64,000 bases of DNA from Squalus acanthias (lineage: Eukaryota). The notes beneath the pieces were generated by a model. The model searched no databases and was not told where the DNA came from. It saw only the letters and a program-made list of their open reading frames with translations. This document shows, piece after piece, positions 25,069 through 37,546 of the stretch. The stretch lies in the NCBI GenBank assembly GCA_030390025.1, contig CM059434.1, forward strand, positions 62,806,001-62,870,000, given 5' to 3'. Within the stretch, counting starts at the first letter, position 1. Every line of letters begins with the position of its first letter. Position numbers and translations under genes: made by a program.

Positions 25069-25379
25069 TTTGCACTGATCACGGAAGCTTGTCATAACAA
25101 AAGAAAATTTTTGTGGACACAAAATAAAATTGTCTATAAACCGGATAGTAAAGTGGCGTATATTTCTAGCCATAACACATGTAGGGTTCACTTGGAACAA
25201 GAAGATGTGATATTTTGCTATAGCGGCTTATAACCTCATCTGAGCACCTTCCTGTGTTGCTGTCAGTGATACACTGTAGCCTGTGTGTTATCCTCCAGTG
25301 TGTTTGTTTCATTTCTCTCACATTTGAAAATTACAACTTTTCTGAGCAGCCAGTTGCCTTCCATATTATTTGGGTACTA

Positions 25380-25975
25380 TTTTGAGGGGTGTGCAAGAGC
25401 AGAGGGACCTGGGGGAGCATATTCACAAATCCTTGAAGGTGACAGGGCAAGTTAATAAGGCAGTTAACAAAGTGTATGGGATACTTAGCTTTTTAAAATA
25501 GGGGCATTGAATACAAAAGTAAGGAAGTCACACTAAACCTTTACACATCACTGGTCAGGCCTCAGCTGGAGTATTATGTACAGTTCTGGGCACCACACTT
25601 TAGGAAGGATGTCAAGGCCCTGGAGAGAGAGAGAGAGAGAGAGTACAGAGGAGGTTTACCAGGATGATGCCAGTTACGTGGAGAGATTGGAGAAGGTTAA
25701 GAGGAGACCTAATAGAGAAGTTCAAAGTTATATGGGGTTTTGATAGAGCAAGTTGGGAGAAATTATTTCCTCTCGCAAGTGGGTTGGTAACCAGAGGTCA
25801 TTGATTTAAAATAATTGGCAAAAAAAACTAGAGAGGAAATGAGAATTTTTTTCAGAGGGTTATTGAGATCTGGAACTCACTACCCGAAAGTGTGGTGGAA
25901 CCAGATTCCATAGTAACTTTCAAAGGGCACTTGGACATGTACTTGAAAAGGACTAATTTGCAGAGTTATGGGTAT
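25380..25975 (+). mobile_element. Degraded CR1 fragment with an internal (GA)n tract
   Basis: cagttctgggcaccacactttaggaaggatg and tggaactcactacc motifs. Confidence 0.85.
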
Positions 25976-28387
25976 TGACACAAGTGTTTATATTAATACT
26001 GCCAGATTTAATCCTGAACATGCTGGTTGAACTGGGAAATTCTGGGCTGGTTGTTTACTTGCGTTTACAGCAGCTCACAACGAGACCAAAATAATCGTCA
26101 TAATATACTAATAAAGTTACTCAAGTATCAAGTTCGACAACTAAAGTAAAAACCCAAGTAAAAAGAAGTCTTGGAGCCTCCAGGGGATCAGATGCAGATC
26201 CAGCACTGAATTGTTAGGCACTTGGCTGACACAGACAGGAAGCACACAAATGTCTAACTTATTGGAGTCTTCCATTGTAGGTGATGCTTGTTGTTGCCAC
26301 CAAAGAGGCTGGAACTGCAAAATTGCATCAAGCATATGCAGAGGGCCACAAACCAGAAAACTGTACAATTGTGCAGTGTTTGTTTTTAAATCTAAAAATA
26401 AGTTCCACGAGCATCTGAAACTGAACTGAACAGTGTTCCTCGATGTTACTTGCTGCTGCCATCTGAGCATGGACTCAGCTGAAAATTGATCCTCGATGGC
26501 TAACAATCCTATCCGATAGCAGCAGTACTGGAGTAGCTCATAACTGTTGCAACATCTGATAGTGTGCTTTTCCTTTCCAAATGCTTTGGACCTAAATCTC
26601 TCAAAAGTTCATTCCTCTTCCTAAGCTGTAAGGTCGCCGTGCTTGAGCCTGCATAAGGACAATGAGGTCTAGGAACTGCTCATATGTTAATGTAACACTG
26701 GATTGGGAGGAATTAGTCTGTCTTATGTAAACTAACCAAGAAGGTGACCAATTAATGAGGCCACCGGGGAAAAAAAAGTGAAAAAGAAGGATAACATGCT
26801 GTAAGGTGTAAGAGATTTGTAGAAGAATAAATCATTTAAAAAGGTATTAAAAGTTTAGTCGAAGTGGCCAGGCCCAGGTTTTTCGTGTTTGTATATTTGT
26901 ATAGGCTGAAGATCTAATTCGGCTGTGTGCAAAATAATTTTAGGTGTTTGTACTACATTTAAAAAGCAGCTGACCGTACAAGGTTCTCTTGTCAGCTGCA
27001 GTTAGAAATATAAACTTTGACTGGCCTTGTCTTGGCAGTAGTGGCAAACAGCACTGAGTAGAAAAGCAAGTGGAAGAGAGCAGCACCGTATGATGATTTC
27101 TGGATTTTTTAGACGCAGTTTGAGTGGGCAAAATGGGCAGAGATCTATCTATATAGAAATTAATAGAAAATGTTATGATGTTGAGGGCTGCTTTGCTCTG
27201 CTTGCAATATGAAATGGTTTATAGAAGGATTTTGTCGTGGAACTTAGGTGCAAAGAACATGTCTGTCGTCTGTGAAGTCTTTCCTATGAGAATTTATTTT
27301 GTTGAACAGAGGGTTTGCTGGGCTATGCAGCTGCCAGGCACAAATGTGTTTCTTTTTCTTTTGAGTTCTGGAACTTTAGCTCTTAATCCAGCTGAAGGAA
27401 AGCAGATAAAAAGCTTCCAGGATTCAAAAAGAAATTAAGCCGAGGACTATTCTGTTGGAAATGTTCAAATCTCGTGTGCATTTTCTACTTGCATTTCTAA
27501 AATCTTGATTTTTCTACAAATCACTAATGCTAGGTATTGTGTGATCTAATTGAGAAAAGGTTGTGAGAGGGCACTAATATTCTCAATTTCAGCATTGTCT
27601 AATTAACTGAAAATAGTTGTAGACTTGTTCTGTATTTTTGTGCAAGAATGCCACTGTGATTCACTGAGAGTAGCTCAGAGTTTCAATCTTGTTTGCAGTA
27701 AAGTAATGATACAAATGCCTCCAAATTGCTGATAATTGATAATTGATAGCTGCACTATATGCAATGGCTCCTGCTAAGGTTATAATTATGGTTTTTGTAT
27801 TGGGCTCAGGAATGAGTCCTCCATTTCCTTCAACCGTTTGTGATGCAGTAATTGTGTTGCTCTCCCTCCAATCCTATACAGCTCCTAAAGTAAAAGGATT
27901 TTTGTTTTGATAACTCTCATTCTGGTTTCTGCTTTTAATGTCTTTTTTGGGGGGTGGTGAAAGCAAAGTCACTTTTTTATTTTTACTTTCTGAATTGTTG
28001 GTTTAGTCATTGGGATTATGCAGTCATGTACATGTGTTTGAGTCAGGTAGGTGTTTCAATCTCTTAGTCTAGTGATGGAGCATACACCAATCTGAGTGAT
28101 CACTGCTGGTCAGTGGAGTGTGCATCTCATTTATGCAAGATGCAGCACAGGATCCGTTTCTTTTCCCTGTCACTTTGATGGTATGTATTAAATATCTACA
28201 GTCCTCTGTATGTGGTTTATCAGATTCCCCCACCCCTTCCCATCCATACAGCTACAAGGCTTGACTTGGCAAATGCTGGAATTATAGCCCATCACACACT
28301 GGATTATACTATCAGCATTTTTTTCACTCACCAAAGTTGTAGTTTGATTTGGTCATTCAATTCACATTGAATTGAGAGTTTCTAATA

Positions 28388-28626
28388 CAGGTTGAGTGTC
28401 CAAAATCCAGAGTTCCAGAATCCAGGACAATTGGTGGCAGGGTCGTCTGGAATCCGTAAAATGTTCCGGTTCCGGACACCCTGAGGGAGGCTTACCAAAA
28501 AACGGAAATATCGCAACCTGGGCTCGGGCGTTTCCGGACATCAGAAACACGTTCCGAAGTCCGGAAAAACACGAAAACCGGCTCGGCCTCGGTCCCGAGG
28601 TTGCTGGATTCAGGACGCTCAACCTG
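28388..28626. mobile_element. Tigger/pogo-type (Tc1-mariner) MITE, 239 bp
   Basis: TIRs caggttgagtgtcc / ggacgctcaacctg with TA on both sides; internal tccgg(a) repeats. Confidence 0.9.
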
Positions 28627-28639
28627 TACAGAACAAATC

Positions 28640-29420
28640 AATAGGTTACATGCTGATTTAGATAATTTGGGTGAATAAACCCATGTGTAATAAATGTCTG
28701 GTGCATTGTTGTGCATACCGGGTTAGGAAACTCCAGCAATATCTATACCTTGCAGGGGTACCTATTGGAAGAAGCAGATCAAGATAGAGACCTGGAGGTA
28801 GTAGTTGACCACTTCTTCAATGTGTGAAAATGTGAGATGTCGATAAGGAAATAGATAGTGAAGGATGTTTAGGATGCAGAGTAGGGCTATAAGGATGATG
28901 ACAAACTTTAGATCTCTTAATTATGACGATGTGCTCCAAGGATTGGGGTTATCTTTTAGAAGAAGGCAGACTTAGAGGCGATGTGATTGAATATTTTTAA
29001 ATGATTAAGTATGCACTCTGGTTAGATTTTTGGAATGGATAAGGATGGTAGGACTAGAGATTATGCTTACAAAATCTAGAGGTGAAGGGTTAGACTAGAG
29101 ATACAAGGAAGTACTTGCTTTTTCAGAAAGTCATTGCCCTCTGGAACAGTGGTTTGTGTGGAGTCGCTACAGTCGTTTAAAAAGGAACTTGTTCCTGAGA
29201 GGATAGTTCCAGTTGTCGGAGATATGTTGCGAGTTAGTTGTGATTGTAATGAGTCATGGGCAACCTTCATCTCCTGGAGCTTGTTTGATTGTTTTAGGGA
29301 GGAATTTTCCAGAGTTCTTCCTTAATTGGCTGGAGGCCTTTTCAGTTTGTTTCTTGTCAGGAAAGAACATTGCGGGGGTATTTGGACTAGTTAGGGGAGA
29401 CTTAATGAGCCCTCTTCGTA
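28640..29420 (+). mobile_element. Highly degraded CR1 3' region
   Basis: Remnant agagacctggaggtagtagttgac and agacttagaggcgatgtgattga motifs. Confidence 0.65.
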
Positions 29421-29773
29421 TGTTTGTATGTGATTGCATTAGAAAAATGCCATTGCAAGGAAAATGATGGATTTTCCATCAGTACCCAAGACGGTGCTTC
29501 CTTAAGAGTCGTCCTAAAACAAAGATCTTAGAAATAATGCCATTTATTATCTTAATCTGCAGAATGTGGTTAATTTGATATCCAATTTTGAGCAGCAGCC
29601 AAATATTGATCCTTGGGGCTTATAACTAAAGAGTGAGTTTTGCTGCCAAGTTTAATTAAACTTGTCCATTTAAACTGATTAGAACTTGCTCCAAATGGTG
29701 AGACCCATAACTTCACAAAGGATTGTCAAATCTGAGCGATCGAAGAAGTACTGAATTATTCTAAAGTAACAAT

Positions 29774-30365
29774 GGCCCGTATTTTCCGATCGGAGGCTTC
29801 CTGCGCCGATCTGGAAAAAATCTATGCCTCTCCACGACGAAATGCACAGGGCCCAGGTATCCCGGGGACGCAGGCGGTTCACAAGCCATGGAGAACCAAT
29901 GGGAGAAGGGAATCTCCCTTCATACTTTTGACAGATAGACCTGTCAAAAGTATGAATGGAGATCATTCCAAAACACATCAAAACATTAAATAATTTTTTT
30001 TTTTAAATCACGTTTTTAAAATTAGTTAAAATTAAAGTTTTTTACAGGGCTAAAAATAAACTTTTTTAAATTATAAATGAGTGGGATTTACTTTTTTAAA
30101 CTCTTATGCTGGTAAAAGCAGGCCTTACACCTGCTTTTACCAGGCGTAAGATTTTTAAGGGTTTTCTGTGGGCGGAGGTTCTGCAGAAAGCGGAACTCTC
30201 CACCCGCAGAGGCCCTTCTCCAGGGCAGGCGTCCGATCTGTCAAGAAGATTCTTGACAGATCAGAAATGCCGGTTTTCAGCGCATGCGCTTCGCATGCCC
30301 GAAACCGGCATTTGCGAGGTCTCTACAGGTGTGTACACACCCGTAGGCATCGGAAAATACGGGCC
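29774..30365. mobile_element. PIF/Harbinger-like MITE, 592 bp
   Basis: Perfect 17-bp TIR ggcccgtattttccgat, flanked by AAT / ATT. GC-rich arms around an AT-rich core. Related in inverted orientation to 36846-37546. Confidence 0.85.
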
Positions 30366-30857
30366 ATTGTTTCAAAAACTGTGGTGGTTGGTTAATATTT
30401 TCCTGGAAATTTCAATTTAAATTCCTCAAAATTCTGCAAATGTGGTGGGAACAAGAATAAATGAAAATGGGATATTGTAAATGTAACCCAATTATAAATT
30501 CAAGTGGAACTGACTGTATCATCATCATCCCTTAGGCAAGAATTTCTGTCATTATCTCAGCACCACCCAATGAATGCTGAACCCAGGTAAATATTAGGTT
30601 GGTTTTGAGTTAGTGTTCACATTTTGAGTCGCGACCCATACTGAAGTTTTTGGATGCACGTATCTGTTCCCCCTCGTTTTTGTGTATAAGCTCTTTCCTT
30701 CATTCATGTTTATATTGAAAGACGTATTGAACTCTGATCTATATAAATTACCCATGTAAGACAGACACAGCAGTAAGCACCAGTTTGAAAACATTTCCTT
30801 GGATGATTTGAGTTCAAAAGACACTTGCATATTGGTGTCAGGACTGTGAAGATTGAA

Positions 30858-30951
30858 ATAAAAACAGAAAATGCTGGAGATACTCAGCAGGTCAGGCAGC
30901 ATCTGTGAAGAAAGAAACAGGGTTAACGTTTCAGGTCGATGACCTTTCGTC
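30858..30951 (-). mobile_element. Solo 94-bp Penelope pLTR end with a 9-bp TSD
   Basis: aagattgaa at 30849-30857 and 30952-30960. Matches the terminal sequence of the Penelope copies at ~32000 and ~47220. Confidence 0.8.
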
Positions 30952-31994
30952 AAGATTGAAGCTCAAGCAAGAGACCAGCAATCGTTGCCTGTCACTCTCC
31001 CCTTCACGGCATGTATTTAATTTATACCTTGCAGCTTAGGAAAAATAAAAAAATAAATTACCTTTTTTATAAACTCTTTTTGGTGATTTGGTAGTGCAGC
31101 CAATCAAACCTCCGGGCCATTGGGAACTGTAATCTGTGACCGAGAGCCACTACTCATATGGAGCAAGCTGCAAAAGGAAACTTGAATGGGGAGAGATAAA
31201 GATCGAGAAAGATGAACAGAAAGGGAGAAAAGGAGATGGACAGCAGGAAATAGATATATCTGCCGAAAGACGAAAGTAAGCCTGATTTTGGAGAAGAGAA
31301 GGGTAGAAAGTGAAGGAGATTGGTACTTGTGCCATTGGAATATATTTGTAGGAATGGGACTCCGGACATATAAAATACAATGTGTAAACCACGCAAGGTG
31401 ATGCAAATGTGTAACACCACCAGCATACTGACCGATAATTAATTCTGTGTTCATTACTTAATCTGTATTGTTGAGTCTCTGTGTGTAAAATGCAACAGAG
31501 GGGTATTGTTCAATGTTGACTCCAGAAGAACAGGAGCCAAATACTTCATGTAAGTGGGGCAACGAACCCATCAGTTTCTACAAAGCTGCGACCCATTATC
31601 TGCCTCCTTTTAAAGAAGCTAATTCGTTAGAATTCTAAATAGTCTGGAAGAATCATCTACAGTTGCTTTTTCATACCTGTTTTATGGAACAAAACAAGTG
31701 CTCAGAGGCTCCATGAAAGTGGGCATTTTGCACATTATCCTACATTGAGGATAGCTGTTCACTATCTCCAGAGTACTGTATTCTAATTTCCCCACCGATG
31801 ATGCTGCTGGAGACCATTTCACACACACTATCTGTTCTCAGCTAGCCTCTGAGTGGCAGTTTTACAGCACAAAACCTGAGAACAATGGAGCACTAATGAT
31901 TACCAAAACATTTATCTTATTGAAATTCTGCTGATTGAACTTTTCTTCCCCTTTTTATCTATAATTCTTTGAAGTAAAGTAGCAGCTACTAAGA

Positions 31995-32665
31995 AAAATG
32001 GAAACAGAAAATTCTGGAAATACTCAGCATTTCAGGCAGCACCTGTGGAGTTAGAAACAGAGTTAACTTTTCAGGTCGATGACCTTTCATCAGAACTGGA
32101 AAAAGTTAGAGATGTTAACGGGTTTTAAGCAAGTACAGAAGCAGCGAAAGGGTGGAGGTGAGGAAAGAACAAAAGGGGTGGAAGGCAGGAGAGATTAAAT
32201 GACAAAAGGGATGATGGTGCAAGGTGAAAGAAGATGGTAATGGGCCAAGTAAAGCAACAAAAGATGGGTCCAGAGGAGGTGTTATTGGGAATATCAGCAT
32301 CATCAGCAACAGCTGCCATCTGAAAAAATGGGGGCAAAGGTTAAGATGCAAAATTGTTGAACTCAGTGTTGAGTCCAGAAAGCTGTAAAGTGCCTAATAG
32401 AAAAATTAGGTGCTGTTCCTCGAGCTTACATCGAGCTTCATTGGAACAGTGTAGGAGGCCAAGGTCAGAATGGGAGTGGGGCGGAGAATTAAAATGACAG
32501 GCGACCGGAAGCTCGGAGTCACGCTTGTAGACTGAACGGAGGTGTTCCGCAAAGTGGTCACCCAATCTGCATTTGGTCTCCCCAACGTAGAGGAGACCTC
32601 ATCATGAGCAGTGAATACAGTATACTAAATTAAACGAAGTCCAAGTAAATTGCTGTTTCACCTGA
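31995..32665 (-). mobile_element. Penelope-like element 3' fragment (GIY-YIG C-terminus and pLTR)
   Basis: ORF 32341-32565 reads GDHFAEHLRSV...PVACHFNS...EQHLIFLLGTLQ. Confidence 0.9.
32061..32097 (-). ncRNA. Minimal type I hammerhead ribozyme motif in the Penelope pLTR
   Basis: AGUU-CUGAUGA-A-AGGUC(AUC)GACCU-GAAA-AG-UU-AACU: both core boxes, a 5-bp stem II and a 4-bp stem I. Confidence 0.75.
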
Positions 32666-32667
32666 AA

Positions 32668-32958
32668 AAGAAAGACTTGTGATTATAGATCACTGATCAT
32701 AGCTCTCACCTCAAAGTGTTTAAGATAATTAATTACTTGCAGTGACTTGTTCTACATGGGAACCATTTTGTGCACCCCATGATCCTACAAAGAGCAATGA
32801 GATGTTAATTTGCTTTGTGGTGCTGGTTGAAGGAGTTAAGTTTGCCAGGGCAAGAGGCAAATTCTGTACTCCCAACAACTGTTCTTCAGTGTCTATCAGA
32901 CCCACCAGAAGAGGAGTATGGCACCTTCGTATAACATCTCACTCAGTACTGTAGTGAA
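32668..32958 (-). mobile_element. Degraded DeuSINE fragment
   Basis: Weak reverse-complement similarity to 59200-59580. Confidence 0.55.
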
Positions 32959-32959
32959 G

Positions 32960-33522
32960 TGAGTGGGTGAAAGTTATGCTACACTTCTTTAAAACTCTGG
33001 TTAGACCGCATCTGTAGTAGTGCATTCAGTTCTGGGCACCGCACCTCAGGAAGGAGATATTGGTCTTGGAGGGATGCAGTGCAGATTCACCAGAATGACT
33101 AAAAATGGTTAAATTATGAGGAAATGTTGTTTAGTCTAGACTTGTATTCCTTGAGTATAGAAGATTAAGGGGTGATCTAATTGAGTTGTTTAAGATGACT
33201 AAAGAATTTGATGGGGTAGATAGGGAGAAACTATTTCTTCTCGTGAGGGAGTCCAGAACAAAGGGGCATCATGTTAAAATTATAGCTAGGCCTTTCAAGG
33301 GTTATGTGAAGCGCGAGTGGAAATCTAGAACTCTCTCCCCAAAAAGCTGTTGAGGCTAGATCAATTAAAATTTCAAACTGAGATCAATAGATTTTTGTTA
33401 GGTAAGAGTATTAAGGGATATGGAACTACGGTGGGTAAATGGACTGGAGATACAGATTAGCCATGATCTAATTGAATGGTAGAACAGAATCAAGGGCTGA
33501 ATGGTGTACTCCTGTTCCTATG
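32960..33522 (+). mobile_element. CR1 3' fragment
   Basis: cagttctgggcaccgcacctcaggaagg through to the tail ctcctgttcctatg. Confidence 0.88.
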
Positions 33523-33601
33523 AGTGTCGAGCAACGTTATGTGCTTAAGTGCTGGAATGCGACCTAAACTTTCTCAACTCAAAAGAAAAAGTGGTTACAA
33601 C

Positions 33602-33752
33602 CAATGTTCCCTGCAATTCTTTTTTCATGCACGGTCCCTTTAAGTGGCTGCACAGCCCATTCAAATTTTCGTGCATGGTTATTTCCATTGAAAAGCCGGT
33701 GAACGGCCTGCACGGGACCTCCAGACCACTGCGCAGCTCAGCAGGAGCGTTG
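33602..33752. mobile_element. ~150 bp hAT MITE (inverted relative of 3342-3504)
   Basis: 8-bp TSD gttacaac / cttacaac; ends caatgttccc ... ggagcgttg. Confidence 0.82.
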
Positions 33753-35825
33753 CTTACAACTGAACCAAGCTAACACTAAAGAAGCATGGTCTTCACAACC
33801 TCAGCACCGGTGTTGCTCAAGACGATGCTTAGTTTTGCAAAAGGTCTCCTTGTTTATGGGATGGTTAACCTGACTCTCCCTTGCCATAACTATGGTGAGA
33901 GACTCATCAACTATGTTTTATCCTTCCCATGGGGTGGTTTGAGGCAAAACCAAGAAAGTGCTAGTCAGCTGTTTGATGCATCCTAAAGATTATCACAAAA
34001 AATGATGAGCCCCAGGCCAAAGACAAGCGAGTACAAGAGCTGTAAGATTAGTCTTTCTCCGAGTCGTTGTAGCTGTTCGTAATACTGTGCCTGGATGGTA
34101 ATTGCAAAATAAATGAGCAACATATAGCGGTAATAAAGGGGAGCTATGTTACATTTCTATCTACATATGGATTTTGAAGCCTGCAAACCAACTCAATATA
34201 CCTGTTCACAAAAATATTGTAGAATTATGTCAAATACTACTATTAATTTTGCTAATGTTTGTGTGAATGGTGGTGTTAGAGACCAAAGGGGTGACAAAAT
34301 GACTTTTGGATTTTGATCGAGCTTGGACCAGAGTTTGGGTGTGTATGCTACATTGCCAGTTTGGCTTGTACTCAGTTTGACTGTTTAAGTTCACCTACTT
34401 GTACTGGAAACACACTGAGAACCTTGGTGTAGTGGTCAGTTGTGTTACCCTGAATTAATGCAGTTACTTGGTAAAATTATTTCTACACTTCGGCGTACAA
34501 GCAGGCAGCTTAAATAATGTAAAAAATTTTGCTGGCTAAGTGATAATAGACATTTTGATCACTGTTCCACCATACTGGTAGAGTTTACCCATAAATCCTG
34601 TGTGCTAGTGTTCCAACTCCAACTCTCAAAAGGTTAACATTTTACTGAATACTAGGTATGTTGTTGTGTATTTAAGGAAAATAGTGTCATGGAGTAAAAT
34701 ACAAAGCAAATGATGCACTCAACAGCACTCAATAGGCAAAATATGCAAATTGTGTGTGTGATTTACATCTCTTAAAAGTTCCTCTAAATGGTGGAAACCA
34801 TGGAGACTAATGAGCGCTGTTAAAAAGATTAAACTGAGGATTGTTTACCAAGGATAGGATTTAAGCTCAGCTAAAATACATTAAAATTCATAAGCACCCA
34901 CTGCGTATATGTAATGATGCTGTGTACTTTTACACTTTGCTAAAACTGAAGCTCCCATGAATACTGCGTTGGAGATTTGATTCTTGTGAATTCTGAAAAG
35001 GAAAAGGGAGGAGGGAAGAACATGGTTTTGGGAGAGCTGGTGTTAACTCAGTTAGTGGGCTGGAAGGATTAGGCCTAAGGTTTGCAGTCTCATCCTGTCC
35101 ATGACATCCATTGATTTGAATCTGAGCCAATGTAGGCTGCGCAAGAATATTCTTCACTGTGTCGTGATTGTCAAAGGATAATTCTCCCTTTAGAAATTCT
35201 GAGGGTTACCAAAATCTTGAGGTATTTTAAAGAAAGTAATCAAACCTGCAGGTTCTGCACCAACAGCTTTGCAGAGTTTCTTTTTCGTCAGTTGATTTAT
35301 GAAGTACAGTAACTATACATTGTACGGCGCAAATACCAAAGTGTTTTAAATGCACTGAATACACATGCAATACGTGCAAATGCTGTTGTGATTTCCATTC
35401 GTTGGCACCTCACTACTGCTGATTATACCTGACTGTCTTTGAGTAGATTTGGGCCTTTCCCCAGATAAGTTTCTCTGGCTTGGGGATGTAAGTTAGTGGT
35501 AGGATGTACACTTCACATGTGTGATGTCCTAGGTTCAATGTGTGGCACATCTCAACAATGTTTTATCTGTACAGTTGCTATTTAATCACTGGCTCGGTAT
35601 GTTACTGAATTTTAAATAAAAGTAAATTGAAGGTAAAGCATTACACAGTGTTAATGTAATGAAAGGGAGAAGGACAAACAAGTAAAATGTCCAATAGATG
35701 CTGGAGGAGTAAAATTAATTTAAAAAATCATACACTTGGCAATATAAAGTATCAGCCTCTATTATATTTAGCTATGTGGGAAGATAGCTACTGTATTTAT
35801 GGTGCAGATAAAGTGGTACCTAAGA

Positions 35826-36000
35826 ATATAAGATCATTAATAAAGATTGTAAATAGCTGAGGCCCCAACACTGATCCTTGCGGCACCCCACTAGTTACAG
35901 CCTGCCAACCTGAAAAAGACCCGTTTATCCCTACTCTCTTTTCTGTCCGTTAACCAATTCTCTATTCATGCTACTATATTACCCCCAACGTATGAGCCCT
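35826..36000 (-). mobile_element. Internal CR1 RT fragment
   Basis: Reverse strand encodes the [13 protein letters not shown] region. Confidence 0.85.
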
Positions 36001-36845
36001 AAAACAGTATCTGTACCATAGGCAACTTCAGCTCAGATAACACTTGGCATTAATAGTCATTTGGTCAATGTGAGAAAAAAGGTTTGGATTACATTTTGAG
36101 TTAATTTTGTGAGTTTCTACTCCCAGTGTGAATCTTCTCTAGATGAGAGTGCGACTTGTACACTCAATCAGCTCTCGAGTGTTAAATGGTCTGTCTGCAA
36201 CCGGCATTCCAGTGCAATGAGACCCCACACTGGGAACCTCATCTTACAAAATTGATGTGTCTTTTCATAAATACTTTAAGCTTTGTTTCTATCAACAGTT
36301 GGAAGTTTTATTGTAAACCATAACATCTGCCCATAATGCCCTGGAGTGTTTTGAGCCGGCGACCACTGACTTGGAAGTGAGAGTGCTACAACTGAGCCAA
36401 GCTGACACTCAGTGGAGCACTCTTGTTGGTTGTGTTACCATGTTATTATTGCACTCTTTAATACAATCATGTACGTGCTAGTTTTGGAGCAACTAAGGAA
36501 AAGTTTTGCAGGGCCAAGGGGAAAGAGTGGGACTAATTGGATAGCTCTTTCGCAGGCACGATGGGCTGAATAGTCTCCTTCTGTGCGGTATGATTCTATA
36601 AAAGGAATCCTCCATTTAATACTGAATTGTGCGCAATCAGTTAGCATGCTGTTCTTTCATCTCTGGGACTGAGTTTGAATCCAGGCCCAACTAATGGGGC
36701 TAAGGGCTGATGTGAGCCGATAGTCCAGAATGCTGATCTGATTCTTGTCTCGCTGGACTCATATCAGTTCTTCACAGATTTCCAAAGTTGGCCTCAATTC
36801 ATTGTCTGTTGGTTCTTGAAAGATTAGGGGACTTTTGCACACATT

Positions 36846-37546
36846 GAGCTGTAATTGCGCGACCCGCAAGTTCCAGGTTTTCACGCGCGAAGCGCATGTG
36901 CAAAAACACGGAACTTGTGATCTGTCAAGAATCTTCTTGACAGATCCAACGCATCCCTGGGAAAAGGGTATCCGCGGGTGGAGAATTGGGCTATTTGCCC
37001 AACGAAAGCCCGTGAAATTCTTATGTCTGGTAAAAGCAGGCCTAAGGCCTGCTTTTACCAGCCTAAGAGTTTAAAAAAACTTAATCTATCATTTATACAT
37101 TAAAAAACCTGTACAATAAGGTAAGTTTACTTTTAGCCCCTTTAAAACATTTAAATTTATTTTTCAAAAAAATAAGTTTTTGTTTTAAATATCTAATTAA
37201 ATGGCATTTTAATTAATTTTAAATATGTAATTTTTTTAATTTATTTGATTTGTAGATGTATTATTTTGGGGTATTCCTATTCATGCTTATGGGGTTTCCG
37301 TACATAGGGAATCCCCATAAGCAAGAATGGGGATCCCCTTCTTTCATTCGTTGGGCTGGCCCACGTGATCCCAGGGGCGCTTGCGAACCGCGTGCGCCCC
37401 GAGATACGTGGGCCTCCAACCGCGGGTACCCGGAGAGGCCCAGGACCGCGAATCTCCGTTGCTCCCGGACCACCATGTATACGGGCATTTTATTGTGGAT
37501 CGGAGGCATTTCCTCACAGGAAGCCTCCGACTGCAAATTCAGGGCC
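36846..37546. mobile_element. PIF/Harbinger-like MITE, ~700 bp
   Basis: ATT flanks both ends. Right end is gcaaattcagggcc; the left TIR is degenerate. Shares internal palindromes with 29774-30365. Confidence 0.78.

Noticed and set aside
12742-26377. Shared 15-mer tgtacaattgtgcag at ~12742 and ~26362 as a sign of module paralogy
   Set aside because: The flanks do not align, and one such match is expected by chance in this much AT-rich sequence.
28388-28626. Recurrent tccgg(a) motifs as a CRISPR-like array
   Set aside because: Irregular spacing, and they lie inside a TA-flanked Tigger-type MITE in a vertebrate genome.
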